Shown here: positions 1-13,847 of the stretch, one piece after another | Layout of the letters: every line of letters starts with the position of its first letter | How positions within the stretch are numbered: the stretch's first letter is position 1 | Source of the DNA: Octopus vulgaris | Lineage: Eukaryota | NCBI GenBank assembly: GCA_951406725.2 | Contig: OX597829.1 | Coordinates: 12,152,001 to 12,216,000, forward strand | DNA: 64,000 nucleotides | Direction of reading: 5' to 3' | Made by a program: the position numbers and the translations under genes | Notes under the pieces: model-generated | The model's database searches: none | What the model was told of the DNA's origin: nothing | Seen by the model: the letters and a program-made list of their open reading frames with translations, nothing else

Positions 1-559
1 TTGTGTAAACATGTAATATTTTCTCCTATGTGTCTATCAGTCTGCTCTTTTTTGTCTGTGTATCCGTCGAGCAAGCACCATCTCGACTTAATGCCTGTCA
101 GCCTGCTTGTTCTTCTTTTAGCCTGTCTTTACCTTCATCGATTCTTCTATTTGTTTATTTGTCCGCCAGTCTCTCTGTATGTTTGTAACTTTATTTATTT
201 ATGCCCATCTGTTTATTTGTCTGCTTTCTTTTTGTCTTTCATTATTTTTCTTTATTTCGTTCTTTTTTGTGGTTTTCTATATTCCGCCATGTCCATCTGT
301 TCGACCGTTCATCGCTGTTTGTCCACCCGTTTGTTTACCTGTCAATTCATTTTCATTTTGACCAGATGCAAGTCTCGAGGGAGAAAAACTTAACATTTTT
401 ATTTATGTTTTTTTCTTTAATATGAAATGCATTATTCATCTGTAGTCTGACATTTTTATACATTTTGTTTATTTATTACACCCCGTCCACCCCACATCTC
501 ACCTATATTTCTTAGGAGAAAAATATTTCAAAAATATTTTGAATTGTAAAAAAAACAAA

Positions 560-1580
560 AGGCGGCGATTAGATTCCTTGGTTAATAGGAACTGGGAAGA
601 AGTCATAATCAGGGTGGCCAAAGTCACCCAGAAATGAACAGAGATGAAGCTGTCTCTGAAAGGCCGGGCGGAAGTAACGAATGCACACATCATCTCGGGA
701 GTGTACAGTGACAAGATTGATCACTTGCTATTTCGATTCTTATGGAAGGGTCAGGTTCTGTTACTTAGAAAATCCATCTGCTACCAACATCAACTCTGTT
801 GTGGTCTTGGGATACTACCCATGATGACTCGACTCCACGCATTGAGGCTGACATATATGCGGAAATATCTAAATTACTGCGATGTGAAGGACAGAGACGA
901 GCATAAGAGTGAACTGGTATGGGCGTCCTTCGTGGAACACGTCTTTCCGCAGCTCATCTCATTGATGGAGATGCAATCATGGGTCAAACGTAGACCGAGA
1001 TTGGGCGTTTTGCATCTAGAATGTTGCAAGACACTCACTACGCTCTACCAGCTGGACAAAACCGTTAGCTGGAAAACAACCCAACATTTCTAAAGGGAGT
1101 TGGTTAGTTGAGCGATGATGACCTAGGATTAACTCTGGGTATCGACGAGAGCAGTCTGAGTGGTGTCTTTCGGAAGACTTTCGGGTCAAAGGCCAAAGAC
1201 AATTTCTAAAAACCTTTGGCATGGTAGTTCTACAGGGCAGCAATGCCTGTTCGAGGCAAGCTCTTCAGGTATGGAAATGCCAACAGCTGAACCTACCCGA
1301 GATGCATTCAGGAGAACGAAACCATCCTTCATGCAATCGTTCACTATCCGTGTATTAGAGACTTGTGGGCTTGTGTTGAGCAGTTGCTGTTTGGTGTAAG
1401 TCGAATCCAACACTCCATCGAGCGTATAGTGAAAATCAATGCACCACCTTTCGGTAGCAGAGATGGAAGGTAAATCTTTCTCTGCTTAGCGGTTGTGGCA
1501 AAAGAAGGTGTATGGTGGACTCGTTTGAAAGGTTTGAAGACAGACACTTTCCTATCTGGTCAAGCTCTTATCAATTTCTT
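560..1580 (+). mobile_element. Tx1-clade LINE ORF2 C-terminal fragment (decayed)
   Basis: ORF 644..1093 (KLSLKGRAEVTNAHI...LFRFLWKG...RKSIC) and downstream [13 protein letters not shown] match the C-terminal part of the ORF2 at 54458-57900; frameshifted. Confidence 0.8.
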
Positions 1581-1617
1581 CTATTTATCTGTCAATTATC
1601 TATTTCTCTAATTTCTA

Positions 1618-1748
<131 letters not shown>

Positions 1749-2278
1749 ATATTTCGGAATGGTCATATTGCCAGTTTAGCCAATAAAAACACACGCACTA
1801 TATATTTGGTGTTATTTTGCTTCAGTGATATTTATTTTTTACATTAATCTTAATCTTATTTCGGCCAAAGTTCTTTCGTCACACTCCTGTGACCGCATCA
1901 GTGGTCCTTTGTTTTCTTCTCACTTACTTGTGTCTCTCCTTACTAACCGTCAGCCATTTTGTATTTCTATTGTATGTCTTCATTTGCGCATGCTTATATC
2001 TCTATGTGCGTCTATGTTTATTTAGTGTGTGTGTGAGGGGGATGCCTGTAATATTTGTATCTTCTGGTTATATACATTCTTGTAATTTGTATTTTGTTTT
2101 TGTTGTTGTTGCTTTTGTTCTAATTTTGTTCATGTGTTTACATCCACCCATTATTATCATTACATATGCTTGTATGTATGTATAACAACAATATTAGTAA
2201 TAATAATAATGATAAATCTAATTGAAAAAAAAAAAAATATATATATATATATATACACATACATATACATACATATAC

Positions 2279-2313
<35 letters not shown>

Positions 2314-2946
2314 CATACATACATATACATATACATACACATACACATATATATACATATACGTACACATATATATACACACATACACACACATATACAC
2401 ATATACATACACATATACATGTATATAGTTATTCATTTCTATTTCTTTAATTATCTGTGTATTTATTATGTTTGCAGGATCCACTATCGTCATATGTTGT
2501 GGTGTGCGCTATTGCTCCATTCTAGTTTTCTATTCAGGCTAGGTTTATTTTCTATTATATGTGTAGCTTCTGTAATTTGTCTAATTGTTGCATCTGTTCT
2601 ATGTGTGGACAATATCTTAATCTCTATGTTATTGATTGATCCCCCGTGTTCTTGTTCAGCGTGTTGGTACAGAATCGATGAGCTTTTACCTTCCTTGAGT
2701 TGTCTCCAATGTTCATTCACCCGCTCACCAATGCTTCTTGCTGTTTCCCCTACGTATGTTACTGTCTTGTTACTGCATCGTCCCTCTATACATCTTATAC
2801 TATAGACCACATTTCTGGCTTTACAGTTTGTTTGTGGGCTAAATCTACATACAGTGCAATAGTTATCCGTACAGAGAGTTCTACTAAAGGGATAATATAT
2901 TATGTAATGATAAGAATGGGATTTGCCCACTCTATAGGAACAAGTC

Positions 2947-3558
2947 ATGGAACACTATAGAAAGGACAAAAAGAAAATAGGGAAGGCCAACTCTTGGTAT
3001 GATAGCCATAAATACCAGAGTGTCATGTTCGTTGACACCACCCCTGGAGGTGAACTGGCGTACCGCTTTAGAAGGACCCTAGATAAACTTAAACTAAGAA
3101 TTAAGGTTGTTGAAAAGCCAGGCAACCCTATCAGATCTATAATTGGTAGAAGCTATCCCTTTAGTAGAACTCTCTGTACGGATAACTATTGCACTGTATG
3201 TAGATTTAGCCCACAAACAAACTGTAAAGCCAGAAATGTGGTCTATAGTATAAGATGTATAGAGGGACGATGCAATAACAAGACAGTAACATACGTAGGG
3301 GAAACAGCAAGAAGCATTGGTGAGCGGGTGAATGAACATTGGAGACAACTCAAGGAAGGTAAAAGCTCATCGATTCTGTACCAACACGCTGAACAAGAAC
3401 ACGGGGGATCAATCAATAACATAGAGATTAAGATATTGTCCACACATAGAACAGATGCAACAATTAGACAAATTACAGAAGCTACACATATAATAGAAAA
3501 TAAACCTAGCCTGAATAGAAAACTAGAATGGAGCAATAGCGCACACCACAACATATGA
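2947..3558 (+). CDS. GIY-YIG endonuclease domain of Penelope-like element (partial ORF)
   Basis: C..C...C linker then NVVYSIRC...[16 protein letters not shown]...[14 protein letters not shown]; mirrored on - strand at 2490..2894. Confidence 0.88.
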   Translation: MEHYRKDKKKIGKANSWYDSHKYQSVMFVDTTPGGELAYRFRRTLDKLKLRIKVVEKPGNPIRSIIGRSYPFSRTLCTDNYCTVCRFSPQTNCKARNVVYSIRCIEGRCNNKTVTYVGETARSIGERVNEHWRQLKEGKSSSILYQHAEQEHGGSINNIEIKILSTHRTDATIRQITEATHIIENKPSLNRKLEWSNSAHHNI

Positions 3559-3710
3559 CGATAGTGGATCCTGCAAACATAATAAATACACAGATAATTA
3601 AAGAAATAGAAATGAATAACTATATATATGTATATGTGTGTGTATGTGTGTATATATATGTGTATGTATATGTATATATATGTGTATGTGTATGTATATG
3701 TATATGTATG

Positions 3711-3743
<33 letters not shown>

Positions 3744-3763
3744 GTATATGTATGTATATGTAT

Positions 3764-3800
<37 letters not shown>

Positions 3801-4122
3801 TCTTTTTTCAATTAGATTTATTATTATTATTACTAATATTGTTGTTATACATACATACAAGCATATGTAATGATAATAATGGGTGGATGTAAACACATGA
3901 ACAAAATTAGAACAAAAGCAACAACAACAAAAACAAAATACAAATTACAAGAATGTATATAACCAGAAGATACAAATATTACAGGCATCCCCCTCACACA
4001 CACACTAAATAAACATAGACGCACATAGAGATATAAGCATGCGCAAATGAAGACATACAATAGAAATACAAAATGGCTGACGGTTAGTAAGGAGAGACAC
4101 AAGTAAGTGAGAAGAAAACAAA

Positions 4123-4167
4123 GGACCACTGATGCGGTCACAGGAGTGTGACGAAAGAACTTTGGCC
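4123..4167 (+). ncRNA. Hammerhead-like ribozyme variant in family A pLTR
   Basis: GGACCA-CTGATGC-G-GTCAC[AGGAGT]GTGAC-GAA-AG[AA]CT-(T/C)-TGGCC; also at 1863-1907(-), 24745-24789(+), 31465-31509(-). Confidence 0.45.
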
Positions 4168-4342
4168 GAAATAAGATTAAGATTAATGTAAAAAATAAAT
4201 ATCACTGAAGCAAAATAACACCAAATATATAGTGCGTGTGTTTTTATTGGCTAAACTGGCAATATGACCATTCCGAAATATAACAATATCTGTTTCAACA
4301 CACGACTTCACACAAAAAATCTTGCACAACAAATATTTAAAC

Positions 4343-4421
<79 letters not shown>

Positions 4422-4757
4422 TCAATATATATAGCACCAGGTGGTGCTATTAAGTTAGACATGGCCTGGGCCAATAATGGCCGAAACCTATCAAAGTATC
4501 AAAGTAATATAAGGGTAGCAAAAAATTCAATAGAATTTTTTTTCGCCACCAGCGGTCTAGTGAGAAAGAAAAAATAGTCAAAAGACTATATAATATACAT
4601 TCAACAATAATATTAAGGAATGGCCTTAATAGGCCATTCAACTCACTAAAACGAGCAGCTAAACTAAAACCGCTAAATAGTAGTAATTCAGAAATCAAAA
4701 GAAAATTAAAAACCTTTACCCTAATCATCTTTGGACAATGCATTGTTTCAACGTTGA

Positions 4758-4804
<47 letters not shown>

Positions 4805-4809
<5 letters not shown>

Positions 4810-5189
4810 CCCCTCTACCGAAAAGGTAATTATTTCTACGCCTGCTGCTATGTTTGTTGTTTTTGTCTCATTTGGTCTAAAGTCGTATGACAACCACCGT
4901 TATATTATATTTTGTTTAACCGTTACCGTTTTCAATTTCGTTTTCGTCTCTCGTATTTACATCCGTCTCGTGCGTTCACATTCCTGTCTTCTACCAAGAA
5001 ATCTAATGCTTACAGCTTAGTTTTTTTTCTTGGGGCTGGCCGAGTTGGAGCAAATATCAGAATTGAACAGCCGAAATTTGCTATGATGATTCGGTGTCTG
5101 ACTGAAGATTGAAGGCTTCGAATGATTTGTCTGTGTTCCGTGTTTGTCCCTTCCTGTATTTCACGTTCTTTATATATAAAACATTTATT

Positions 5190-5190
<1 letters not shown>
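4805..5190 (+). mobile_element. (TA)n-flanked pLTR-like module with structured CUGAAGA motif
   Basis: Bounded by (TA)n; two hairpins followed by CTGAAGA (5102-5108); architecture shared with 28470-28625 and 47243-47390. Confidence 0.4.
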
Positions 5191-5273
<83 letters not shown>

Positions 5274-5999
5274 TTTGTTATATCCTTTAATATTATAGTG
5301 ACTCCCTTTGATCGATGTAAACCTCACATGTTTGTGTGTTATATCTCGTCCATTTATATTGTCTTATGGCTCGGGTCCTTATGGCCAATAAAAGAAACTA
5401 TCATTATTATTGAGTGAGAGAGCACTGCATACCATCAAAGTAGCACAGGGGTAAAATATATGAAGCCCAATAAACCCATTATGATTACCTATCTGATAAA
5501 AGTACACCAGGCACATGCATAACGACATACATAGCGACATGCGCGACATCGTGATCTCATATCAACATTAATAGCGTATGAACCTGCAGGTGGGACCCAG
5601 TTAGAATTTTCTTCAGGTCGAGTAGCCCGTCCAATTCAAAAGGTCCTTGAATAAGTGTGGTTTAAGGATGTTGAAACACCCATGTTTCCAGAGGTGAATT
5701 ATCCAAACCTCCAAGAATTCCTTTCAATACACAGCTATGATACTTCCCCACTATTTCTGCTCGTGATCAGAGATGCACATATCGTCAGCCACTAGGTAAC
5801 ATGCTCATTTGGTTAAGGTCAAGCAACTGCTGTAACCCATGTTTTATACCAAAACAAAACAATGTACATGATAACACTTCCAATCAGTTAAGATGAGAAG
5901 CCATGACAGCCACTGCCTGGTTGTTGTTGTTGTTGTTGTTGTTATCTTCTTCTTCTTCTTCTTCTTCTTCTTCTTCTTCTTCTTCTTCTTCTTCTTTCT

Positions 6000-8900
6000 T
6001 CGTAACACAATGTAGGTAAAAATGCACCAGAGTCTTTAGTCACAACAAGGACATATAATAGTTTCCTTAAGATGTGCACTGTGTCTAATAAGGATGCTCT
6101 TTGCAAGACATCAGTCTTGCATGGGATTTCCAGTTGCCTTAAGTAGTCTTGAAGTTTCAATGGGATTGAGCCCAACGCTCTAATCACCACTGGTATCACT
6201 TTTACATTACCCTCTCGCATTCCATACAGTCTTGCCATTTCTACTTTCAGTTCAGAGTACTTGGTGATTTTTTCAACCTCTTCACTCACAACATTCATGT
6301 CATTTGGTATGACTACATCAATGATCTGACAGTATCTATCGCTCTTACTCAATATGACAATAACCAGCCAACAGTGTTCGATTACATGATCCGTCTGAAA
6401 ATCATAGTCCCAGAGTATCGTTACTTTTCCATCCTCCTGCATAACTTTACTAGGTACATGCTCATACTAGTTCTCTCTTACTTCATATTGGTATTTACGG
6501 CATAAGATCCTGACGGTGCCTGTATTCTTTTTTTGCAAGACTCTCATATCCACTAACCAACTGGGTCATATTTTCCACACTCTTTCCACAGAGTCTGCAT
6601 TTCTGGACGTCAGAAGTTTTATAGATATTATACTTCATCGAATTGGTAGCCAGAGCCTGGGTTTGTGCAGCAATGATCAGACTTGCGGCGATACGCCTCA
6701 AATCACTTCGCTCAATCCATGCCCACGATGCTGTATTATCCTTAACGCTTTGTGTATTCCTTTCAAACTGTCCATGCATTCCCATTTCATGGTTTTCTTT
6801 TCTCTTCTCCCCAACTCTTTGGTTAAACTATGCCATCCCCATCATTTTATCTGCATTTACACCCATATGTTTCGCTGCATATTGCAGCAGGTCTTCATCA
6901 CTATTTATCAAATACTCGGCAAGCGTTCTCCTTTCATTCCTTTGGTCTATACTAATTAGTCTTCTGCCACCATTCTTTCTTTTCATAGACAGTCTATTTG
7001 CGTTTGCTTTATGGTGCAGCGCCCCATGCAGGGTCATCAATTTCTCACCCTTCTATTCAGTGTTGATATTTACTTCTTAGTCCATTTCAGGATAGACGCA
7101 CTATCTCTGACCACCGCAATTGCCCAGATATTCATTGCAGTAATCGAATTTTTGGCACTAAGGTTGGATTTCAACCTTTTTTGATACGCCTCGTTGACCT
7201 TAACTTTCATTTTTCTGTGTAGAATGTCATCCAGCTCCAAAATCCCTAAATATCTATACCCACTACCGTCTGGTCCACCCATGGTCTCTCCTGATGGTAA
7301 CCGCAATCCTCTGCAGGCTGGTTTCTTCCCTCTTTTCATATTAAGTACTGACCATTTGCTGATCCCAAATTCCATACCGATGTCCCTACCACATTTCTAC
7401 ACTGTTTTGGTTAAGGAATCTATCTGATTTTCAGATTTCTCAAACCATTTCAGGTCATCCATAAACAGCTGATGGTTCAATAATGGCTCTTCTTCCCGCG
7501 TCGGTAACCCATGTTAACTTTTCTAAGTGTCATTGTTATGGGTATTAGTGTAATTAAAAAAGTAACGGAGAAAACGAGTCACGTTGGAAGATTCCCCTTT
7601 TAATATTAACTTCTCTAAGGAATACATTACTTGAATACAATTTGGTTTGCCACTTTTTTATGCCATGCATCCGAAAATTTGTCAGGTTGTCAGCAATGCC
7701 AAACATCTGCAGGCATTCAACGATCCAAGAATGAGACATCATATCAAATGCCTTCTTAAAGCCAATCCAAGCCATTGATATGTTTGTATGTTGTTTTTTA
7801 CAATGCCTCAAAACTGCTTTATCGATGACTAGGTGATCCTTGGCACCCTGAGAACTCTTCCTACATCCTTTTTGTTCCTTTGGTAGTATTTCTTCCTGTG
7901 CCGGGAAGGTGTATATCTCTGCCGCACATATTCCAGTGAGTATCTTCCAGATTATGTTTAGGCATGCTATGGGACGGTAGTTTCCCACAGTATTCTCCTT
8001 TCTTCTGTCTTTCATTACAAGTGATGTCCTCCCAGTCACCATCCACGCGGGGACTGTACCTTTCTGGACACATTCATTCAATTGGACTGCTAGTCTTTCA
8101 TGCACCGTGTGGTATCTCTTCAGCCAGAAGCCATGAATCCGATCTGGTCCGGGGTATTTCCAGTTAGGCACTTTACCCACTTTACCCGTGCTTATGACAA
8201 TATTCCTTTCTTTCTTTCCTCCTTGTAATTCTGTCTTGATAGTTCCTATCCACATTGCAGCCCTTTTATGCACCACATTGTTTCCCCATAATCCGCTCCA
8301 GAACTCCTTGGCTTCATTTGTATCAGGAGCAACATTTTCCTCTCTGTCTCCTAACGTTCGGAAGAATTGCTTCGGGTTATTTTTGAACAAACTGTTCTCG
8401 AATCTTCTGATCTTCTGGCTCTTTAATCATGATCCTCTGTTTTAACTACATCAAACCAATTCTTCCGTATTTTATGTTTCTTCTCTAATTTTTCTCGGTC
8501 GCTTTTTTTCCCATTTTTCCAGTTTCCTCTTAACCATTGCTCAATTTTTCCTAGATCTTGCCTTGCCTGCATTATGTCCCTTTCCATGCGTCGTTTCCAC
8601 CATGATTCTTTTGCTCCACCATTTTTTATTCACTTAAGTTGTAATTTCTCCTCAACAAGTAGCTCGGAGAATATTCCCTGTTTGTGTTATGTTCTCCGTC
8701 TGGATGTATGGTATGACAGTATTTAACTTTTGTGTTACATTATTTATCATACTCCTATATACTCTTCTCATATTCATGGAGCTTTTTTTCTTCTGGAGCA
8801 TTCAGTCTGTGAGTCGTCTTTGAATTTCAAGCAATTCATTATCTAGTTGGTTCATTTCCCCTGCATGTCTACCCACCAGTGTCTGGGTTCACTGTATAAC

Positions 8901-9112
8901 GTTGCAGTTCCTCATCCTTAACAGCCCCATCACTATTCCCCTGTTCCTCCTATCTACTCTTCTCCCTGCTTTCAATTCCTACCTTTCTGTTTTCAACTCG
9001 ACCATCCTTTGTAGCCCATCCGCAGTGTCTCTCAGTCACTCACTAATCCGAGATATTTCTACTCTAGTTAAGTAACCATTCCTCCTAATCACTCCCACTT
9101 GGTTCATTAATT
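6000..9112 (-). mobile_element. R4/Dong-like non-LTR retrotransposon (RT + restriction-like endonuclease), decayed
   Basis: ORF pieces 7554..8390 (PGPDRIHGFWLK, NYRPIACL, KKAFD, RGIFQRDSFSPLLF), 7070..7375 (YRYLG), 6495..6785 (CRLC), 5942..6442 (LWDYDFQTD..IIDV..P); 3' end runs into (GAA)n/(CAA)n, 5' side into (GAT)n/(AAT)n. Confidence 0.88.
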
Positions 9113-9113
9113 T

Positions 9114-9242
<129 letters not shown>

Positions 9243-9245
9243 TAT

Positions 9246-9783
9246 TGTCTTTGCACAGCTTCTATCTTTGGAGATGTACTACGGTGTCAGAAGTAACACC
9301 CCTTTTTTCGAGCACCTTCCACAGTATTCGAGCGCTTCCAAGCAGTGCTGTTTTCTGCAAATGCTTCACTCAAATTGTAGCCCCTATTTGTTCTATGTAT
9401 TTCTCAAGATTTTTACTCCCTGTTCACTGGGCTCCGACAATTATTGGTACTACTACCACCTTTTCAAGTCACAACTGCTCAACCTCCCAAGATAACCTGT
9501 CACATCTATCGACTTTACCTTGTTGCCAGCTGGTCATGATATGTCTATGATTCAGGATCGTTTGTTTTCTTTCTCAATTAACACTGTCTGGCTTCCTATT
9601 CTGTATCGCATGATCGCACTGAATCATAAAATCCCATACGATCTTTGCGTTATCATTTTCGAGGATGGCTTCGGGCTTATGTTCGTACCACTTTTTTGTT
9701 CTGCCAAGTCCATACTTGTTGCAAAGTCTCCAATTGACAATCCTTGCTATATTGTCACGACGGCACTTATTTTCTTTCTGGGC
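9246..9783 (-). mobile_element. R4/Dong-like 3' end fragment
   Basis: Minus strand encodes RLE-region motifs (ILWDFMIQCDH, VVVPIIVGA); 3' end abuts (TAA)n 9184-9245. Confidence 0.72.
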
Positions 9784-9889
9784 TAGTGGTATACATTGAC
9801 TGGTAATATGCCATACGGTTTCAACATTTTGTCCACAAATTCTGCAAATTTACATCGATAAACCTTTTTAAGGTTGCAAGTAATGTCGG

Positions 9890-12800
9890 GGCAAAGGACA
9901 ACGGTCAGGCGGTAGGTGATTACTGATGCAATAAGCACTTGTACCACCTCCACTCTTCCTTTCAGGGAGAGAGCAGTCCGGACCAGGTCCGGACTAGGGC
10001 CTCTACCATGTCTGCTAGCTTGCTCTAATTCTTCTCCGTCTGGGAGTAGGGTCCAAGCCAAACTCCAAGCAACTTAACAGGACCATCTGTCCAGTGACCC
10101 ACAACACTGGACGATATCGACTTGCTCCTCCAGGTGCCGGGGCGCAAGCTGATAGACTTGTCCTTGTTAACTTTTGCCCCTGCCACTGCCTCATATACTT
10201 TGATAGCGTCCTCTACACAAGGTGGCTGAGTCTCATTGGACACGATGATGATGACGTCATCCGCATAAGCAGAGACCGACTTACCGCATCCGATTTCATT
10301 GGGGGTGCATCCCAAATTCTCCAACTTCCGCAGTAATGGCTCAAGAACCAACACGTACAGAAGCGGAGACAGGGGACGCCCATGACGAACTGAGCGCTTG
10401 ATCGAAAACGGCTCCGATAGGTAGAGGTTTATCTGAACAGTGGATTTGATGCCGCTATACATTGCGGAGATTCACCTACGGAAGTCCGGCCCCAGCCCTG
10501 CCTCTTCGAGGACCGCCTCCTGGTACTGGTGGTCTAGCCTATCAAATGCTTTACTTTGGTCTAAATGGACCAGTTCCCCACCTTTGCCGGTTAATTTACC
10601 CAACCTGTCTAAGGTGTAGCGTATAAGGTGAAAATTGTCCTGGATCGACCTGCCTGGAATGGCGCATATCTACGCCTTTTCTACAAGCGTCAACTGTTTT
10701 GCTAAAACCTTGGCCAAAATCTTTAACTCTATATTGAGTAGAGTTATGGACCTGTAATTATTTATACTGTCCCCCTTCCTTGGGTCCTTCTGGATCAGCG
10801 TCATCACTCCTGACTCACAGAACTGGGAATCCTCCCATTCTGTTTCCCAGCAGGTCCTCGAACAAGTTCGGCATGCTACGATAAAACTCATAGGGTAGAC
10901 CATCCAGCCCCAGCGCACTCGGCCAACACCTCTTTGACTTCCGAGAGTTGCGGCCCACCGGCGAGGAAGCCCGTTAGGGACTCCACTCCCTATGTTCGAG
11001 CTCGTCGCCCTGCCCAAACATCCGGGCGGAATACTGGTGAAAGGCCTTTTGCATCTTTTCCTGTCCATAGATCTTGTGCCCCTGTTAGACTTTTTAGAGG
11101 GTTTTTTGCCCCCCTGACACTCCACACGACGGATCCATCCGGCAACATTAATACCTTCTCGGCCCACTGCACGTAGATTAGATCTAACTCTGCAGCCTTG
11201 GTGTTTGGCTTTGAAGTGACGGTACAAGACCGCCAGCACTCTAGCTGCAGAGCCAAATTCCATAGCCGCGTCTAAATTCTTAACTAGTTCCCTTTCTATT
11301 CTAGATCCATCTAAACTTAGCTGATTGCTAAATCTAATAGACTCTAAACGAATGGATTTCTTGAGGGTGTGCCACCATCTATTATTAATGAAGTTTCCAC
11401 ATAGTGCCCTCTGTACTAATTCCTTAATCCAGACATGGAAAGCTTGACAAGTCAAAATAGACTTGTTCATCTTCCAGTACCCGGGTCTCTGTCTAAGACA
11501 TTTATCTATATGCACCTCACACGTCACAAATTTGTGATCTGTGTAAGGTACAATACAAAATTGTGGACATCTAAAAGTATTCCTATCTATTTCTCTAACA
11601 AATATCCTGTCTATATTAGATCTGTGTGAGCCGTCGTTATTACACCACGTCCACTGTGGAACGCTCGGCTCATCCAGTTTGTAACGGTCTGCTAGATTAT
11701 AGCTCTCTAGTAGACCCTTGACCCCAGGATTTCCTCTCCTATCAGTCGAGCCAACACTACCCACTCGAGGCTTGTGTTAAAATCCCCTACTAGAAATACC
11801 GTTTTTGCCGTCACTAGAAAGTGCTCTACTTCTCGATGAAAACCAGACTGCCTACACTCCTTAGGAGCATAGACAGCTACTAACCTGAAGAACTGTTTAC
11901 TCTCGTGGGTCACATCTAGGACAACCAGCCTACCTTCTGGGTCCAGAAATACTGTACTTACCAGGAAGTCAAAGGTCTTCCTGAGTAGGATCACCATGAC
12001 CCCTCCTCCTAGGAGAAATAAAATTCTCATAACCATTTAGAAGAGGCGAGAACGTTTGTGCTCCACTCCTCTTGGACTCAGTTGCAATGCATACATCTAT
12101 ATCTTGTGACCTGAGGTCGTTCAGGAGACAATATTGTTTCCATTTCGACCCCAGCCCACGTACATTTATGCTCCCTAACTTAATCGTCATAGTGAAAAAT
12201 GGATTAACTTACAGTTTGAGGGGCTGCACAAATTCGGTTGCACAAATTCGCCTGCCTCCCCATCCTTTTCTTCTTTTAATGGTGTAACCACTGGGCTTTT
12301 CATTGGTGTAGCCGCTTGGTTTGTTAATAATTTTTTGTCTGTCATTTCGGAGCTGACGTCTCTGATATTCTCCGGATACCTTCCCTGCAGCTCCAAAAAT
12401 AGGCTCGCGTCTATTTTTGCGAATCTAATATTCGGGGGCACATCTTTAGTAGTTTTGAAAACTCGAGCCTTGTGGTGCGCTCTTATGATGGTAGACAACG
12501 GCTGGTTTTTTTCCACGTAGGAAACAGTTCTTTCTTGTGTTTTGGGGAGGGGTTTGGTAAAAGGTTTCACCGTATTGTTGGTTTGGAGAATTTTGCTTTG
12601 TGTGTCTCTTGTGTGTTTAACGGATTTTTTTGTTTAGGGAGGGGGTCTGGGACTTGTGCATTTTTCTTTTGTGCGATACTGTGGTATACTCCATTTCATC
12701 GCTCTTATCTATCTTTTCTTTCGCTATTGTTCCCTCTTTCGTTTCTGTTGCATTTTCCGGTTTTTCGTTTCTTCCTTTTACCACCTTCGCAGCTTTTGGG

Positions 12801-13845
12801 AGAGGGGCCTCGTTGTCTTTCTTTTTCGAGCACTTTGAGCGGACGTGGCCCTTTTCTCCACATATGAAGCAACGAGGCCTACGTCCCTCAAAGGCTACTC
12901 TCATGGTTAACCCCTCCCCTACAAACACCTTGTCGGGAAAATTCTCTAATGTTTCGTTCGACGCTTGAACGACCATCTCGAGCCTTTCCAGTTGACGGTT
13001 TCTTTTTTTTTTTCATTTGTAATATCGACACCGCCTCCTCCACATCGTATATGACCGCCGCCGCTACCCACATAACCTCATAACCAGTCGGGATCTCATC
13101 TACTGTAATTTTCGCCGTTCTGCAACCCAAGTATGTGGATAACAGAATTATTTCTTCGTTTCTTAAGGTTTTCGTTGAGGCCTCCTTCGCTACGTTAGCC
13201 ATTTCGAACTGCGCTTCCACCGTTGCGTTTCCCGTTCCACGGCTAACGTACGTTACTTGGTCCCATATTGGGGCCAAACATCTTTCAACGACGTTATACT
13301 TGGCGTCCATAATTCTTTTTCTTTACGGTTGTAAATTTTATACACAACCGTTGACGCATTTATCGCATACACTGCCTCGGCAGGAGGCAGTAGTTTTGTG
13401 TCGCTACCACTTTTCCTGATTAAGTTACGAAACTTAAATAGTTGCTCCATTTCCGTTATATTGCCGCCTATAGCGGCTTAAAAACTGGGTCTTTTCTTTT
13501 CCTGTGTTTTCGTTTCACCTACATTTTCACTGGTATTACCTTTTCCCATCGCGGGAAAATATATATATTTTTTTGAAGCAATATTAAATTCCATCATATA
13601 CTTTTTTTTAATTGCCAAACTTGTCAAAAATGACAAAATATATTCTCAGCAATAATTTTTTTTTCACAATAATTTCAAAACAGGGCGAAAATTACTGTTC
13701 CACGAAGGACAACAGTTAAGTTCAATGCAAAATCCACAAAATTATCACAATACCAGACAAAAACACACGGAACGAACTTTGGTAACAACCAATTACGACG
13801 CAAAAAATCCGAGTCTGCACGAGACAATTGTTCAGCTGGAGGTCA
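9890..13845 (-). mobile_element. Tx1-clade LINE (second family), decayed ORF1 + ORF2, 3'-truncated
   Basis: ORF1 pieces with EGRRPRCFICGEKGHVRSKC knuckle (12617..12976); APE start GSINVRGL (11969..12190), VGDFN, TDHK; RT SAYADD (10025..10462). Confidence 0.87.
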
Positions 13846-13847
13846 AT

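Noticed and set aside
5412-5918. Segment that looks like an interspersed repeat
   Set aside because: No second copy or diagnostic motif in the window, so it cannot be classified
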